Source: Myxococcales bacterium (lineage in GTDB: Bacteria; UBA10199; 2-02-FULL-44-16; JAAZCA01). From it: a stretch of DNA of 64,000 bases. Under the pieces are notes generated by a model that saw only the letters and a list, made by a program, of their open reading frames with translations, did not search any database and was not told the origin of the DNA. Positions 9,105 through 18,268 of this stretch are shown here, piece by piece (position 1 is the first letter of the stretch; each line of letters starts with the position of its first letter). The position numbers were made by a program, and so were the translations under genes. The stretch spans positions 105,812-169,811 of the forward strand of contig JAAZCA010000029.1 of NCBI GenBank assembly GCA_012513515.1, written 5' to 3'.

Positions 9105-9190
9105 ATTAAGATCAAGATCAGAATCAGGATTAAGATGAAGATTGAGAATCAAGATTAAGATTAAGATTAAGATTAAGATATCGGATTAAA
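9105..9190. repeat. hexanucleotide microsatellite (AAGATT/ATYARG)n, about 14 units
   Basis: ATTAAGATCAAGATCAGAATCAGGATTAAGATGAAGATTGAGAATCAAGATTAAGATTAAGATTAAGATTAAGATA. The last four units are perfect. Confidence 0.8.
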
Positions 9191-9199
9191 GGACCGTAA

Positions 9200-9916
9200 C
9201 TATTCAATTTCCTTTAAAATTTGTTTTACAACCGCCTTCGGATCCTTGGACTGATAAACCGGACGCCCTATCACTATATAGTTGGCGCCGGCAGCTATCG
9301 CCATTATCGGGGATGAAATCCTCCTTTGATCCTGAGCCGCGGAACCTATCGGACGCACCCCGGAGGTCATGACCAAAAATTTCTCACCGCATGCCTTTCT
9401 GATCGGCTTTATCTCAAGAGGGGATGCGAGTACACCGTGCAAACCGCTCTCCTTTGCCATTTTGGCAAAACGAACTACCTGCTCCCTGACCTCGAACTGA
9501 ACTCCTATATCCCCGAGGGACTCCATGCTCGTCAAAACGGTCACTGCAAAAAGAAGGGGCATCTTCGATTTGCTGCCGGCAGCGAACTGGGCTGCTTCCA
9601 CCGTCCTCACCAGCATGTCATGACCGCCTGCAGCGTGAACATCGAGCATCGAAACGCCCAACTTGGTGGCAGCTCCCACCGCCTTAGCGACGGTAGAGGG
9701 AATATCGTGATACTTCAAATCCAGATAGACCTTGCAGCCGTTATCATGGATCATTTTAATGACATCCGGGCCGAGCGATGTGTAGGTAGGAGCACCGACC
9801 TCAAAGGTCTTCACGTCATCTCTTAAAAGCTTTACCATCTTTTCAGCATCTTTCATCGACTCGGCCAAAAGAGCTACGATAAGTTTGTCTTTATTGCTAC
9901 CCGCCTTTTCTGCCAT
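9200..9916 (-). CDS. pyrF: orotidine 5-prime-phosphate decarboxylase
   Basis: Motifs DLKYHDIP and IVIGRPV. 238 aa. Confidence 0.9.
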   Translation of the reverse strand: MAEKAGSNKDKLIVALLAESMKDAEKMVKLLRDDVKTFEVGAPTYTSLGPDVIKMIHDNGCKVYLDLKYHDIPSTVAKAVGAATKLGVSMLDVHAAGGHDMLVRTVEAAQFAAGSKSKMPLLFAVTVLTSMESLGDIGVQFEVREQVVRFAKMAKESGLHGVLASPLEIKPIRKACGEKFLVMTSGVRPIGSAAQDQRRISSPIMAIAAGANYIVIGRPVYQSKDPKAVVKQILKEIE

Positions 9917-9940
9917 ATAAGCCTCCCATGCAACCGGTCC

Positions 9941-11638
9941 TTATCCCTTTTTGACTATGCCGGCAATCCTTTCAACCACATCCGCCGGACTGAGGCTCTC
10001 GACGAGATCCCCTCTCCTGCTTTTTAACTCCACCTTCCCCGAGGCGAGCCCCTTTTTTCCTACGATTATCCGATATGGAACTCCTATGAGATCCGCATCA
10101 GCGAATTTGACTCCCGCCCTTTCATCCCTATCATCGAGGAGAGCCTCGACACCAACGGAAGAGAGGCTGGAATATATTTCAGCGGCAACCCTTTCCTCAT
10201 CCCCTCCGATCCCCAGGGGTATTATCTCCACGTGAAAAGGCGCTATGGGAAGAGGCCATATGATTCCGTTTTCGTCATGATTCTGTTCTATCGCAGCAGC
10301 GGCAGTTCGACCTATACCGATCCCGTAGCATCCCATATAGATCGTTCTGCTCTCACCGTTTTCATCCAAATAGGAGGCATTCATAGGAGAGGAATACTTC
10401 ATGCCAAGATAAAAGACCTGCCCGACCTCGATCCCACGATATTCCTCAAGATGCCCTCGGCATCTGGGGCATCCATCGCCGGCGACCGCCCTTCTTATGT
10501 CCGCAAATTTTGTGATATGAATATCGGCGCAGTTGACCCCCACTAGGTGCTGGTCGTCTTCGTTAGCACCTACCACAAAATCGGAAAGAGAGGCTATTTC
10601 GTTATCTGCATAAACCGGAATTTTCAACCCGACAGGACCGGAGAATCCAGACGAAGCGCCTGTGACCTTGCGAACGGTATCTTCATCGGCCAGATGACAC
10701 CACTCGCAGCCTATGGCCTCTTTGAGCTTCGATTCTTTCAGCGATCTGTCGCCGCGAACAAGCCCGGCAACAGGACCAAGATCCGTATCAAAAATAAGAG
10801 TCTTCACCAGAGCGCCTTCATCGCATTTGAGAAAAGCTGAAACATCCTCGACGCTCTTGTGGCCCGGGGTATGAACTTTCTCGAACGAACCTGATTTTTT
10901 AGAGGACTTGCCGGAGGAATTACGTACCTCGGCCTTTTCCACGTTCGCCGCATATTCGCACGAATCGCATGATACGATTTCATCCTCGCCCGACTCAGCG
11001 AGCACCTGAAACTCGTGCGAACGCGAACCGCCTATCGTCCCAGTAGTGGCTTCAACTGGGCGATACCTCAACCCACACCTGGTGAAGATCCTCTTGTACG
11101 CATCGTACATAACATCGTATGTTCTGTGTGCTTCCTCCTCGGTCCTGTCGAAGGAATAGCCGTCCTTCATGATGAACTCCCTGCCGCGCATCAGGCCGAA
11201 TCGCGGACGCACCTCGTCACGAAATTTGGTCTGGATCTGAAAGCAGTTCTTGGGAAGATCACGATAGGAGCGAACGTAGTTTCTCATAAGATCGGTGATA
11301 GCCTCTTCGTGCGTGGGTCCGATGCAAAATTCGCGATCATGCCGGTCTTTGAATCTGAGCAACTCCTTACCATACATCTGCCATCTTCCGGTTTCCTGCC
11401 ATATCTCGGCTGGCATGACTATAGGCAGAAGCAGCTCCTGCGCGCCGCCCGCCGCCATCTCCTCCCGCACAATCTGTTCAATCTTTCGAAGGACGCGAAG
11501 GCAGAGAGGCAGGTAGGTATAAACGCCTGACGCCATCTTCCTTATGTATCCTGCGCGCAGCATGAAGCTGTGGCTTTTGACCTCGGCATCGGCGGGGGTC
11601 TCTTTCATCGTTGGAATGAGCAAATTCGAATATTTCAT
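9941..11638 (-). CDS. proS: prolyl-tRNA synthetase
   Basis: 565 aa. Class II motifs FRDEVRPRFGLMRGREFIMKDGYSF plus an editing-domain insertion. Confidence 0.93.
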   Translation of the reverse strand: MKYSNLLIPTMKETPADAEVKSHSFMLRAGYIRKMASGVYTYLPLCLRVLRKIEQIVREEMAAGGAQELLLPIVMPAEIWQETGRWQMYGKELLRFKDRHDREFCIGPTHEEAITDLMRNYVRSYRDLPKNCFQIQTKFRDEVRPRFGLMRGREFIMKDGYSFDRTEEEAHRTYDVMYDAYKRIFTRCGLRYRPVEATTGTIGGSRSHEFQVLAESGEDEIVSCDSCEYAANVEKAEVRNSSGKSSKKSGSFEKVHTPGHKSVEDVSAFLKCDEGALVKTLIFDTDLGPVAGLVRGDRSLKESKLKEAIGCEWCHLADEDTVRKVTGASSGFSGPVGLKIPVYADNEIASLSDFVVGANEDDQHLVGVNCADIHITKFADIRRAVAGDGCPRCRGHLEEYRGIEVGQVFYLGMKYSSPMNASYLDENGESRTIYMGCYGIGIGRTAAAAIEQNHDENGIIWPLPIAPFHVEIIPLGIGGDEERVAAEIYSSLSSVGVEALLDDRDERAGVKFADADLIGVPYRIIVGKKGLASGKVELKSRRGDLVESLSPADVVERIAGIVKKG

Positions 11639-11659
11639 ATCAAAAAACCTCTCGATAAA

Positions 11660-12742
11660 TTATTTTTTATCCATCTCCTCAGCGATCTTTTCGACCTCCG
11701 AAACAAGAATTTTTTCTATGTCGGCCTCATCGCAGGTGGTCAAAATCTTTCCCGCCTTGAATATGACGCCCTTGCCATCCCCTCCGGCGACGCCGATATC
11801 GGCTTCCTTTGCTTCGCCTGGGCCGTTAACCACGCAACCCATCACAGCGACCTTTATCGGCGCCCTGATACCTATGAGACGATCCTCTATCCTGCGTGCA
11901 AGCCCCTCCAAATCTATTTGGGCGCGTCCGCAGGTGGGACAAGAAACAACTTCGGGGAAGGGCCTTTGCCTTATCCCGGCGTCTGCAAGTATCTCGTAGG
12001 CAGCGCGAACCTCCTGCACGACGTCCGCGGTGAGGGAGACCCTGAGAGTATCGCCTATTCCATCCAGGAGTAGTGTCCCTATTCCAAGCGCGGATTTAAT
12101 AGCGCCGGCGAGCAGGCTGCCCGCTTCGGTGACTCCCAGATGCAGAGGATAATCCACCTTGTCGGAAAGCATCCTGTAGGATTCTATTGTATCGAGAACG
12201 TTGGAAGCCTTCACCGAAATCTTTATATCGTGAAAATCCATCCCCTCCAAAATCCTCACATGGTGAAGCGCCGACTCCACCATAGCCTCAGGAGTGGGCT
12301 TGCCGAATTTTTTCAGGAGATGTGGCTCCACCGAACCTGAGTTCACACCTATCCTGATAGGCACTCCCCTACTCTTCGCCGCCTCTATCACCGTTCTCAA
12401 CTTTTCATCGGAACCTATATTGCCTGGGTTGATGCGAACGCAATCCACACCGGAATCTATCGCCTTGATTGCGAAGTCGTGACGAAAGTGTATGTCAGCA
12501 ACAAGAGGTATCGATATTCTGAACTTTATCTCTTTCAAGCTGTCGGCCGCCCCCTCGTCTGGAACAGCGACTCTCACGATTTCACACCCGGCCCTGGTAA
12601 GCCTATCTATCTGCGCCACTGTGGCATCGACATCCGATGTCCTGGTGTTGGTCATGGACTGAACTGATATCTGCGCACCGCCGCCGACCTCGACATCGCC
12701 GACCTTTATTTTTCTTGTGATACGCCTAGACATTCTTTTCAT
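11660..12742 (-). CDS. ispG: 4-hydroxy-3-methylbut-2-enyl diphosphate synthase IspG (GcpE)
   Basis: GcpE TIM-barrel motifs VRVAVPDEGAA and RINPGNIG, and the C-terminal CPTCGR cluster ligands. The start is ambiguous between 12757, 12742 and 12733. Confidence 0.9.
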   Translation of the reverse strand: MKRMSRRITRKIKVGDVEVGGGAQISVQSMTNTRTSDVDATVAQIDRLTRAGCEIVRVAVPDEGAADSLKEIKFRISIPLVADIHFRHDFAIKAIDSGVDCVRINPGNIGSDEKLRTVIEAAKSRGVPIRIGVNSGSVEPHLLKKFGKPTPEAMVESALHHVRILEGMDFHDIKISVKASNVLDTIESYRMLSDKVDYPLHLGVTEAGSLLAGAIKSALGIGTLLLDGIGDTLRVSLTADVVQEVRAAYEILADAGIRQRPFPEVVSCPTCGRAQIDLEGLARRIEDRLIGIRAPIKVAVMGCVVNGPGEAKEADIGVAGGDGKGVIFKAGKILTTCDEADIEKILVSEVEKIAEEMDKK

Positions 12743-14084
12743 GCCTCCTTCTAACAAGATCCGAGGCCAGGACTGAAGTTATTATCGAGAGAAAGAGAAA
12801 AGCAGCGGTCCCTACCGCGCCGCCTGCTGTGGTGAATGAACATGAGGCCGACGATTCTGCATCACCGTTGGAGCCATCATCTTCAGAGGCGCAGGGATTT
12901 GGTGTATCGATCGTAGCGGATGCCATCTCTATGGTATCACCGCCCTTGCTGCACTTCACTGTGGAAGCACCGGAGGATGAAGTAATTATGCCTGTCTCAA
13001 AACCTCTCGGCTTGATGATGTTGGGTTCGAAACCCGAGGCCCCTGTGTACGCGGAATTAAGAGGCTCATATGAAACCTGATAAGGGACGCCGGGAAGAAT
13101 TCCATACAGGTAATATTTTGCCCCCCCTTTGCACCCGGAATGAAGAACCCCGGAAACGAACGACCTAGAATCCGTTCTTGCAATATCTTCTTCGACATCC
13201 GCACGCGACGCTATTACGTTTACGCCTTTGAGAGGCTTACCGTCGGCATCGAAAATCTCTCCGGTTATGAGGCAAAAATCGCTCTGAAATTCTGTGCTCG
13301 GATATATCCAAGAAACCGTGACTCTGTCATCCATGCTCAGAGCTCCCTGCGTGAAAGTAAGGAGCTCCGGATACATCGTCGGTATATACTTACCCTTCTC
13401 ACCACATTCACCACCCCTCGTATAGAGAGTTCCCTCTCTACCGCACTCTTGAGCTATCGAGTCATTCACCTGGCTGTGATCAAGATTGATCATGTGCCCT
13501 ATCTCGTGGAGTATGGTCGCCTTAAAAAGTTTTTCCGCCACATCACTTTCTGGGGCGAGTTTTCCATCATCCAGCACATATCCGTTGAAGAGAGCAAAAC
13601 CCTTCGTGATATAGAGTCCGGAGTAATCAGAAAGCAGCGGAGCTGATAGACCAACTACAGTCGCCCTGTTAGAAGCCCCGAGGAGCTTAGCGGTTATATC
13701 CCCATCTTCGTCGAAGATGATGGAGCTCACCCCGGAAGATGCACTGAGATATGGATGAGAATTTTGAGAAGTCACATCCGCCGGCAGATTCCCTTCGTAG
13801 TGCGATTTGAAGGTCGAGGTTTTGACAGGCTCACCTTCGGCATTAGGTATAGTAATATCCCTCCATGTATCCAAAGCCTCATTGACCCAATCCTTACCTG
13901 TGGAATTTTCAACGCTATTTGAAACCCGGCCAGGATCTAAATACCAATTCATGGTGTCGTTCTTCCATCTAAGAGCGACCCCGCTGTCGTTGATCACATC
14001 TACAGCAAATGGCCCTCCTGCATAGGAATGGGTTTGAAGAAAAAAGATGAAAAGGGAAAAACCCGCCGCGAGAATTTTTTTCAC
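12726..14084 (-). CDS. secreted metzincin-type zinc metalloprotease with a C-terminal TM plus Arg-rich tail
   Basis: N-terminal signal peptide. HEIGHMINLDH (HExxHxxxxxH) around residue 193. A Met-turn-like IPTMYP follows. The C-terminus is ...TAGGAVGTAAFLFLSIITSVLASDLVRRRHEKNV. Confidence 0.65.
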   Translation of the reverse strand: MKKILAAGFSLFIFFLQTHSYAGGPFAVDVINDSGVALRWKNDTMNWYLDPGRVSNSVENSTGKDWVNEALDTWRDITIPNAEGEPVKTSTFKSHYEGNLPADVTSQNSHPYLSASSGVSSIIFDEDGDITAKLLGASNRATVVGLSAPLLSDYSGLYITKGFALFNGYVLDDGKLAPESDVAEKLFKATILHEIGHMINLDHSQVNDSIAQECGREGTLYTRGGECGEKGKYIPTMYPELLTFTQGALSMDDRVTVSWIYPSTEFQSDFCLITGEIFDADGKPLKGVNVIASRADVEEDIARTDSRSFVSGVLHSGCKGGAKYYLYGILPGVPYQVSYEPLNSAYTGASGFEPNIIKPRGFETGIITSSSGASTVKCSKGGDTIEMASATIDTPNPCASEDDGSNGDAESSASCSFTTAGGAVGTAAFLFLSIITSVLASDLVRRRHEKNV

Positions 14085-14683
14085 AGCCCCTCCCCATTCT
14101 CTATTCTCCTGACCAGATCGGAGAGCAGGCTGTAGTCTATAGGGCCCGAAGTCGGAGCCGAAGCACCGGAGAACTCGATCGATTTGGCGAGGGATGTGCC
14201 AACCGCGCCCGTGAGTAAATTTTTGTTTCCTCTGCCGTTTAATACTTTGACCGAGCCATCGGCAGCGATTGAAACCTTGAACGCACCCTGCTCCAGCCCG
14301 ACGGGGGCGCGCAAGCCCATGGATGTCTCCTCGGATAGAAAGACCAGGTAATCCGAACCAACCTTGTAGAGCGGCAATCCGTAGATATAAGGGGCGTTGA
14401 ATTTTTTAGAATTAGAAAGGCTTCCGCCTACCTGCGTAAACTCTAATTCTTCCCTGATATCCCCCTTTAGAACTTCACTAATCTCAAAAGTATATTTCGT
14501 CGCAAAAATTCCATTCGGCAATCTTTTCGGAGCCACCCCCAAACACCTTCCCCGAAAGACTACATCCGAACCGGCGACCATTTCTTCAAGATTGACCGGC
14601 AAGATAGTCGCAGCATCCGCAACGAAAATTGCGAACAGGGAGATGCAGAGGAAAGCGGCACAGGCACTCGTTTTGATTTTCAT
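14081..14683 (-). CDS. secreted hypothetical protein (200 aa), co-operonic with the metalloprotease
   Basis: Signal peptide MKIKTSACAAFLCISLFAIFVADA. Overlaps the protease gene by 4 nt. Confidence 0.55.
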   Translation of the reverse strand: MKIKTSACAAFLCISLFAIFVADAATILPVNLEEMVAGSDVVFRGRCLGVAPKRLPNGIFATKYTFEISEVLKGDIREELEFTQVGGSLSNSKKFNAPYIYGLPLYKVGSDYLVFLSEETSMGLRAPVGLEQGAFKVSIAADGSVKVLNGRGNKNLLTGAVGTSLAKSIEFSGASAPTSGPIDYSLLSDLVRRIENGEGL

Positions 14684-14817
14684 CGGAATCTCCGAGGTAA
14701 CTTAGGGCAAGCTAATTGGAAGAGCAAATAAAGTCAATAAGATCAGGGGTTTTGGAAATAAAAAAGGGCCCGACGCGCATATGTCGGACCCTTCGGCTAA
14801 TTCAATCAAGAACAAAC

Positions 14818-15354
14818 TTATATAGCATCCTCATCGACAGGAACCGAGGCATCCGCCGGGGGCTCCTCGCCTCTCATCAACTCGATGGTATAGGTAGCGC
14901 AGCTCTCACCAAACTCACCCGCATCGTCGGCCTCCATAACTTCACAGCTTCCTTCGATGCCGCCTTCGACGAAGGTCAGATAGTACACCCGCTGAACGCC
15001 CATGATAACTGACATGAGAACTATCGATCTATCTTTTAGCCTGGAGGAAAAGAGACGTGAGTAACCTTCGAAGGTAGCATTCACAAACGAGCCACCCTCC
15101 TCGTCCTCTATCTTCACCGCCAGCTTGTTCTCCACGCCGGCCTCATCGGATATAGATTCACAGCTGTTGTTATCGAGAGTCATGGTGCCGACATAGTAGC
15201 CGGAGTTCGGCCCGAAGCGCTTGCCCTCACTGGGCTGACCCGGCCTGTCTATACCACGGCCAAAACCTTCGATGGCATCGGTGTCCCTATCGAACGCCGC
15301 GCATGACGAAATGAGCAAAAGAGAAAGAATCGCCAGAAACAGCCTGAATCCCAT
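14818..15354 (-). CDS. hypothetical lipoprotein
   Basis: The internal start MGFRLFLAILSLLLISSC gives a signal peptide plus lipobox. The longer upstream extension in the track would overlap the next gene. Confidence 0.5.
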   Translation of the reverse strand: MGFRLFLAILSLLLISSCAAFDRDTDAIEGFGRGIDRPGQPSEGKRFGPNSGYYVGTMTLDNNSCESISDEAGVENKLAVKIEDEEGGSFVNATFEGYSRLFSSRLKDRSIVLMSVIMGVQRVYYLTFVEGGIEGSCEVMEADDAGEFGESCATYTIELMRGEEPPADASVPVDEDAI

Positions 15355-15491
15355 ATACCCTCCCAGGTAACTTGAGTGTGCACGCCGCACACTGCGATGG
15401 TTAGTGAAGTTCTCCCATATGATGTATCGTCTCTCCCCCGAGAAAGTTGCTACTTTTTTTAATACTTTTAAAGTGCTTATTTTACAAGTAG

Positions 15492-16295
15492 TTATGAGCG
15501 TAGAGAGCCTATGATAAAGCGCCCGCAGCGTTCGCACACATAAACGGAGTTGGGATTTCTCTTCATCTCGTAGGCAAGCCCGCTCGACAGCTGCATATTG
15601 CATCCGTGGCATATGCCATCGTTGGCCTCGACCAGAGCCTCGCCGTAATGGCTGATAAGCCTGTCAAACCTCGAGAGCATGCTCCCTGAGAGCTCATCCC
15701 TTGCAAGCTCTATCTTTCTCGCCAGCCCTTTTGCACCGGATGACTTTTTTGCCTCCAGGAGTTGAAGCGTAACAAGGATATCGGCCTCCCATTTGGTGGC
15801 GCGCCCTGCGAGCATATCCACCTTCACATCGGCAAAAAGCGCAGCAATCTCCTTGGCATCTTTCGCCTTCATGATGTGATCGCGGAAATCGGGATCTGCG
15901 AGTTTGGAAACGAGTCCGGCAAAGAGCCTGTTGAAAAGACCCGGCTGTTCCGGCTGCCACAGGATCAGGACTATGATATGAACATCGCCGCGGTCAGGAG
16001 CACCAAAATCTATTCCCTGTTTATGCCTTCCAATCGCTATAACGGGCTTCGGACCGACTTCCAAACGGGCATGGGGAATGGCGATGCCATCGCCAAGCGC
16101 TGTCACTGCAAGATCTTCCCTCTCGAGAACTCTTTTCAACGCCTCCGCCTTCTGCGGGATGAGATCCTTCCGGTAAAGGAGATCGATGATATCCTCAATT
16201 GCCGCCTTCTTGCTTTTATTCGTCATATCTTCGATCACATGTCCGGCGTCGAGAAGTTCCCCGAGCGGCACAACTTTCACATACTCGCTGACCAT
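15492..16295 (-). CDS. PTS EIIA type-2 (PtsN/EIIA-Ntr-like) domain fused to a C-terminal C4 zinc ribbon
   Basis: N-terminal 150 aa carry the EIIA-2 phospho-His motif ALGDGIAIPHAR. A coiled-coil-like linker follows. The C-terminus is ICHGCNMQL...YVCERCGRFI, a CxxC...CxxC ribbon. Confidence 0.6.
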   Translation of the reverse strand: MVSEYVKVVPLGELLDAGHVIEDMTNKSKKAAIEDIIDLLYRKDLIPQKAEALKRVLEREDLAVTALGDGIAIPHARLEVGPKPVIAIGRHKQGIDFGAPDRGDVHIIVLILWQPEQPGLFNRLFAGLVSKLADPDFRDHIMKAKDAKEIAALFADVKVDMLAGRATKWEADILVTLQLLEAKKSSGAKGLARKIELARDELSGSMLSRFDRLISHYGEALVEANDGICHGCNMQLSSGLAYEMKRNPNSVYVCERCGRFIIGSLRS

Positions 16296-16406
16296 ATATC
16301 TCTGCTCCTTTTCATGCTGATGGTTTAATGCTTTGTTGAAACAAAAACGCCAGCTAGGAAAGAAAATCCATACGCCTGTATCGTTTTACAGTCAAGAAAT
16401 TCTGGG

Positions 16407-16910
16407 TCAAAAAGGAAGTCGCCCTATGAAATTTAGCGCCTTGTTATCATCCGGAATCCAAAGGATATTACACTTCCACAAGACCTTGCTGCACTCGGAA
16501 ATCAGCCGATCCGGATGTATTTTCAGCAGCTCTTTCTCCGGATCGATCCTGCAAAGGATATTGTGGGCGGTCGCCGAAAGAACGACCCTGTCGTTCCCCC
16601 TGATTCTATGCGTCTTATGAACTATATCCTTTTTATCCGCTTCATCCTCGGAAAAAGTAACACAGTTGTATCTCTCCATGTGTTCTTCAAGCCTTATGAG
16701 AACCAAATCCTCAGCAATCTCAAAGCAGCCGTCAGGATAGTCGTCCGGACAGGAGTCGCGCTCAACCCACTCTATCGCGGATATCGATCCCATCGAGCCG
16801 TGGTATGATGAAATAGCGTGAGCGCATTCAGCATTTGAAGCGGCAAATGAAAATACGCAGAGCGACAAGGCGCTCGCAAATAGGGATCTCAAGATTCTCC
16901 CGACAGCCAT
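16407..16910 (-). CDS. secreted Cys-rich hypothetical protein
   Basis: Signal peptide MAVGRILRSLFASALSLCVFSFAASNA. 8 Cys in the mature part. Confidence 0.45.
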   Translation of the reverse strand: MAVGRILRSLFASALSLCVFSFAASNAECAHAISSYHGSMGSISAIEWVERDSCPDDYPDGCFEIAEDLVLIRLEEHMERYNCVTFSEDEADKKDIVHKTHRIRGNDRVVLSATAHNILCRIDPEKELLKIHPDRLISECSKVLWKCNILWIPDDNKALNFIGRLPF

Positions 16911-17101
16911 GACACACACTCCTCCCAGATATATTTTCGGCAATTTTCAATTTTTGTTGCTCAGTCATTTCCCTCCCTCCAACCTTTATTTAAGGGCATT
17001 GGGGGAAAATAGGCAGACTCGTCCGGGCTCTGTCTTCCGGATTTTTCTCTGAGGATTGAAGGTTGACATATGTAATTCATGCCGATACTCGAATCCGAAC
17101 G

Positions 17102-17698
17102 ATGAAAATTGGAATCCCCATACCATCCCTTCTTCTGCTTATCACGGCGCTGATCTTTCCCTGCGACATGGCCAATTCGGAGCCATCCCAGGAACATCCC
17201 CTTGGAAACGGAATAGTGACTCTATACAGGCCGGACAAGGATGAGAGAGCCACATTCGCTTATCGGGATAAAAACGGCGCATACGACAGGGATGCCCTTG
17301 TCGAGATCGCCCATTTCTTTCGTTGCCGCCTCACAGATGAAGAACACGAGATATCCCCCAAATTGATTGAGTTGCTGGACGCCATGGAAGATCATTTCGA
17401 CGCCCCTGAGATACAGCTGATCTCGGGATACCGCAGCCCTCTCAGGAATTCCATCATGAGCGCTAGAAGCAGGCGCGTGGCAAAAAAGAGCCTCCATACC
17501 GAAGGTATGGCCGCGGATATAAAAATAGCGGGCATCTCCAACAGACGCATCAGAAGCTTCGCTTACCGATTGGGCCGCGGGGGCGTAGGATACTACGGCC
17601 AAAAATCCTTCGTCCATGTGGATACCGGACCGGTCAGAACATGGGGCTGGATGCCGCCCGCACTTGCCGGCAGGCGCTTGGCAGGTACACAGAAGTAA
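17102..17698 (+). CDS. DUF882/peptidase M15A family protein (YcbK-like)
   Basis: Signal peptide, then the ISGYRSP...HTEGMAADI...GGVGYY motifs typical of the YcbK/DUF882 family. Confidence 0.55.
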   Translation: MKIGIPIPSLLLLITALIFPCDMANSEPSQEHPLGNGIVTLYRPDKDERATFAYRDKNGAYDRDALVEIAHFFRCRLTDEEHEISPKLIELLDAMEDHFDAPEIQLISGYRSPLRNSIMSARSRRVAKKSLHTEGMAADIKIAGISNRRIRSFAYRLGRGGVGYYGQKSFVHVDTGPVRTWGWMPPALAGRRLAGTQK

Positions 17699-17706
17699 GC
17701 CCGGCT

Positions 17707-18222
17707 TCAGGATAAACGTTTGAGTATGTCAGGAATCGGTCTGAAAAATTCTACTCCACATTCCGCGTCACCGCCTTCAAGCTCTTTCACCCACCTTGCA
17801 TAAGCCTCCGCCGCATCGCTGGCCGACCCTCCGAAGGCAACGGAGAGGTGATCGCCTATTTCGACATCCACATCTGTAACGATCTTGATTCCAAGGGCGC
17901 TGGCGTCGAGGACGCGTGCCCTCTCCCATTTCCCCGAACCCTGCGGGAGAATCCAAACCTGTGCATCGACCTGAAAACGGGGAGCGCGGCGCACGTCAGC
18001 CCTTCCCTTATACAGATTCCTATAAGAGGAATCATAACGGGCGCGCTTGCCCGGATCCTTCAAGACCTCATAGGCCTCGTTTATATCCTTGGCGCACTCC
18101 TCATCACCTCCGAGATCAGGATGCATTTTAAGGGCATACATCCAGGTCTTATACACCGCGTTGATTATTTCGAGCGGAGCATCCGGCGCAACGCCAAGCA
18201 ATCTGTAATAATCTTTTTTCAT
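17707..18222 (-). CDS. J-domain (DnaJ N-terminus) fused to a PilZ-like c-di-GMP-binding domain
   Basis: DYYRLLGV...HPDLGGDE is a J domain with an HPD motif. Then VRRAPRF (RxxxR) and DASALGIKI (DxSxxG) are PilZ signature motifs. Confidence 0.6.
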   Translation of the reverse strand: MKKDYYRLLGVAPDAPLEIINAVYKTWMYALKMHPDLGGDEECAKDINEAYEVLKDPGKRARYDSSYRNLYKGRADVRRAPRFQVDAQVWILPQGSGKWERARVLDASALGIKIVTDVDVEIGDHLSVAFGGSASDAAEAYARWVKELEGGDAECGVEFFRPIPDILKRLS

Positions 18223-18268
18223 TCCTTTGAATCGCCTCGATACACAGCTGTAAAAAATTCCACTGCTC

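Noticed and set aside
9105-9190. Possible CRISPR array (regularly spaced short repeats)
   Set aside because: The unit is 6 nt with no spacers. It is a microsatellite, not repeat-spacer architecture. No cas genes are in the window.
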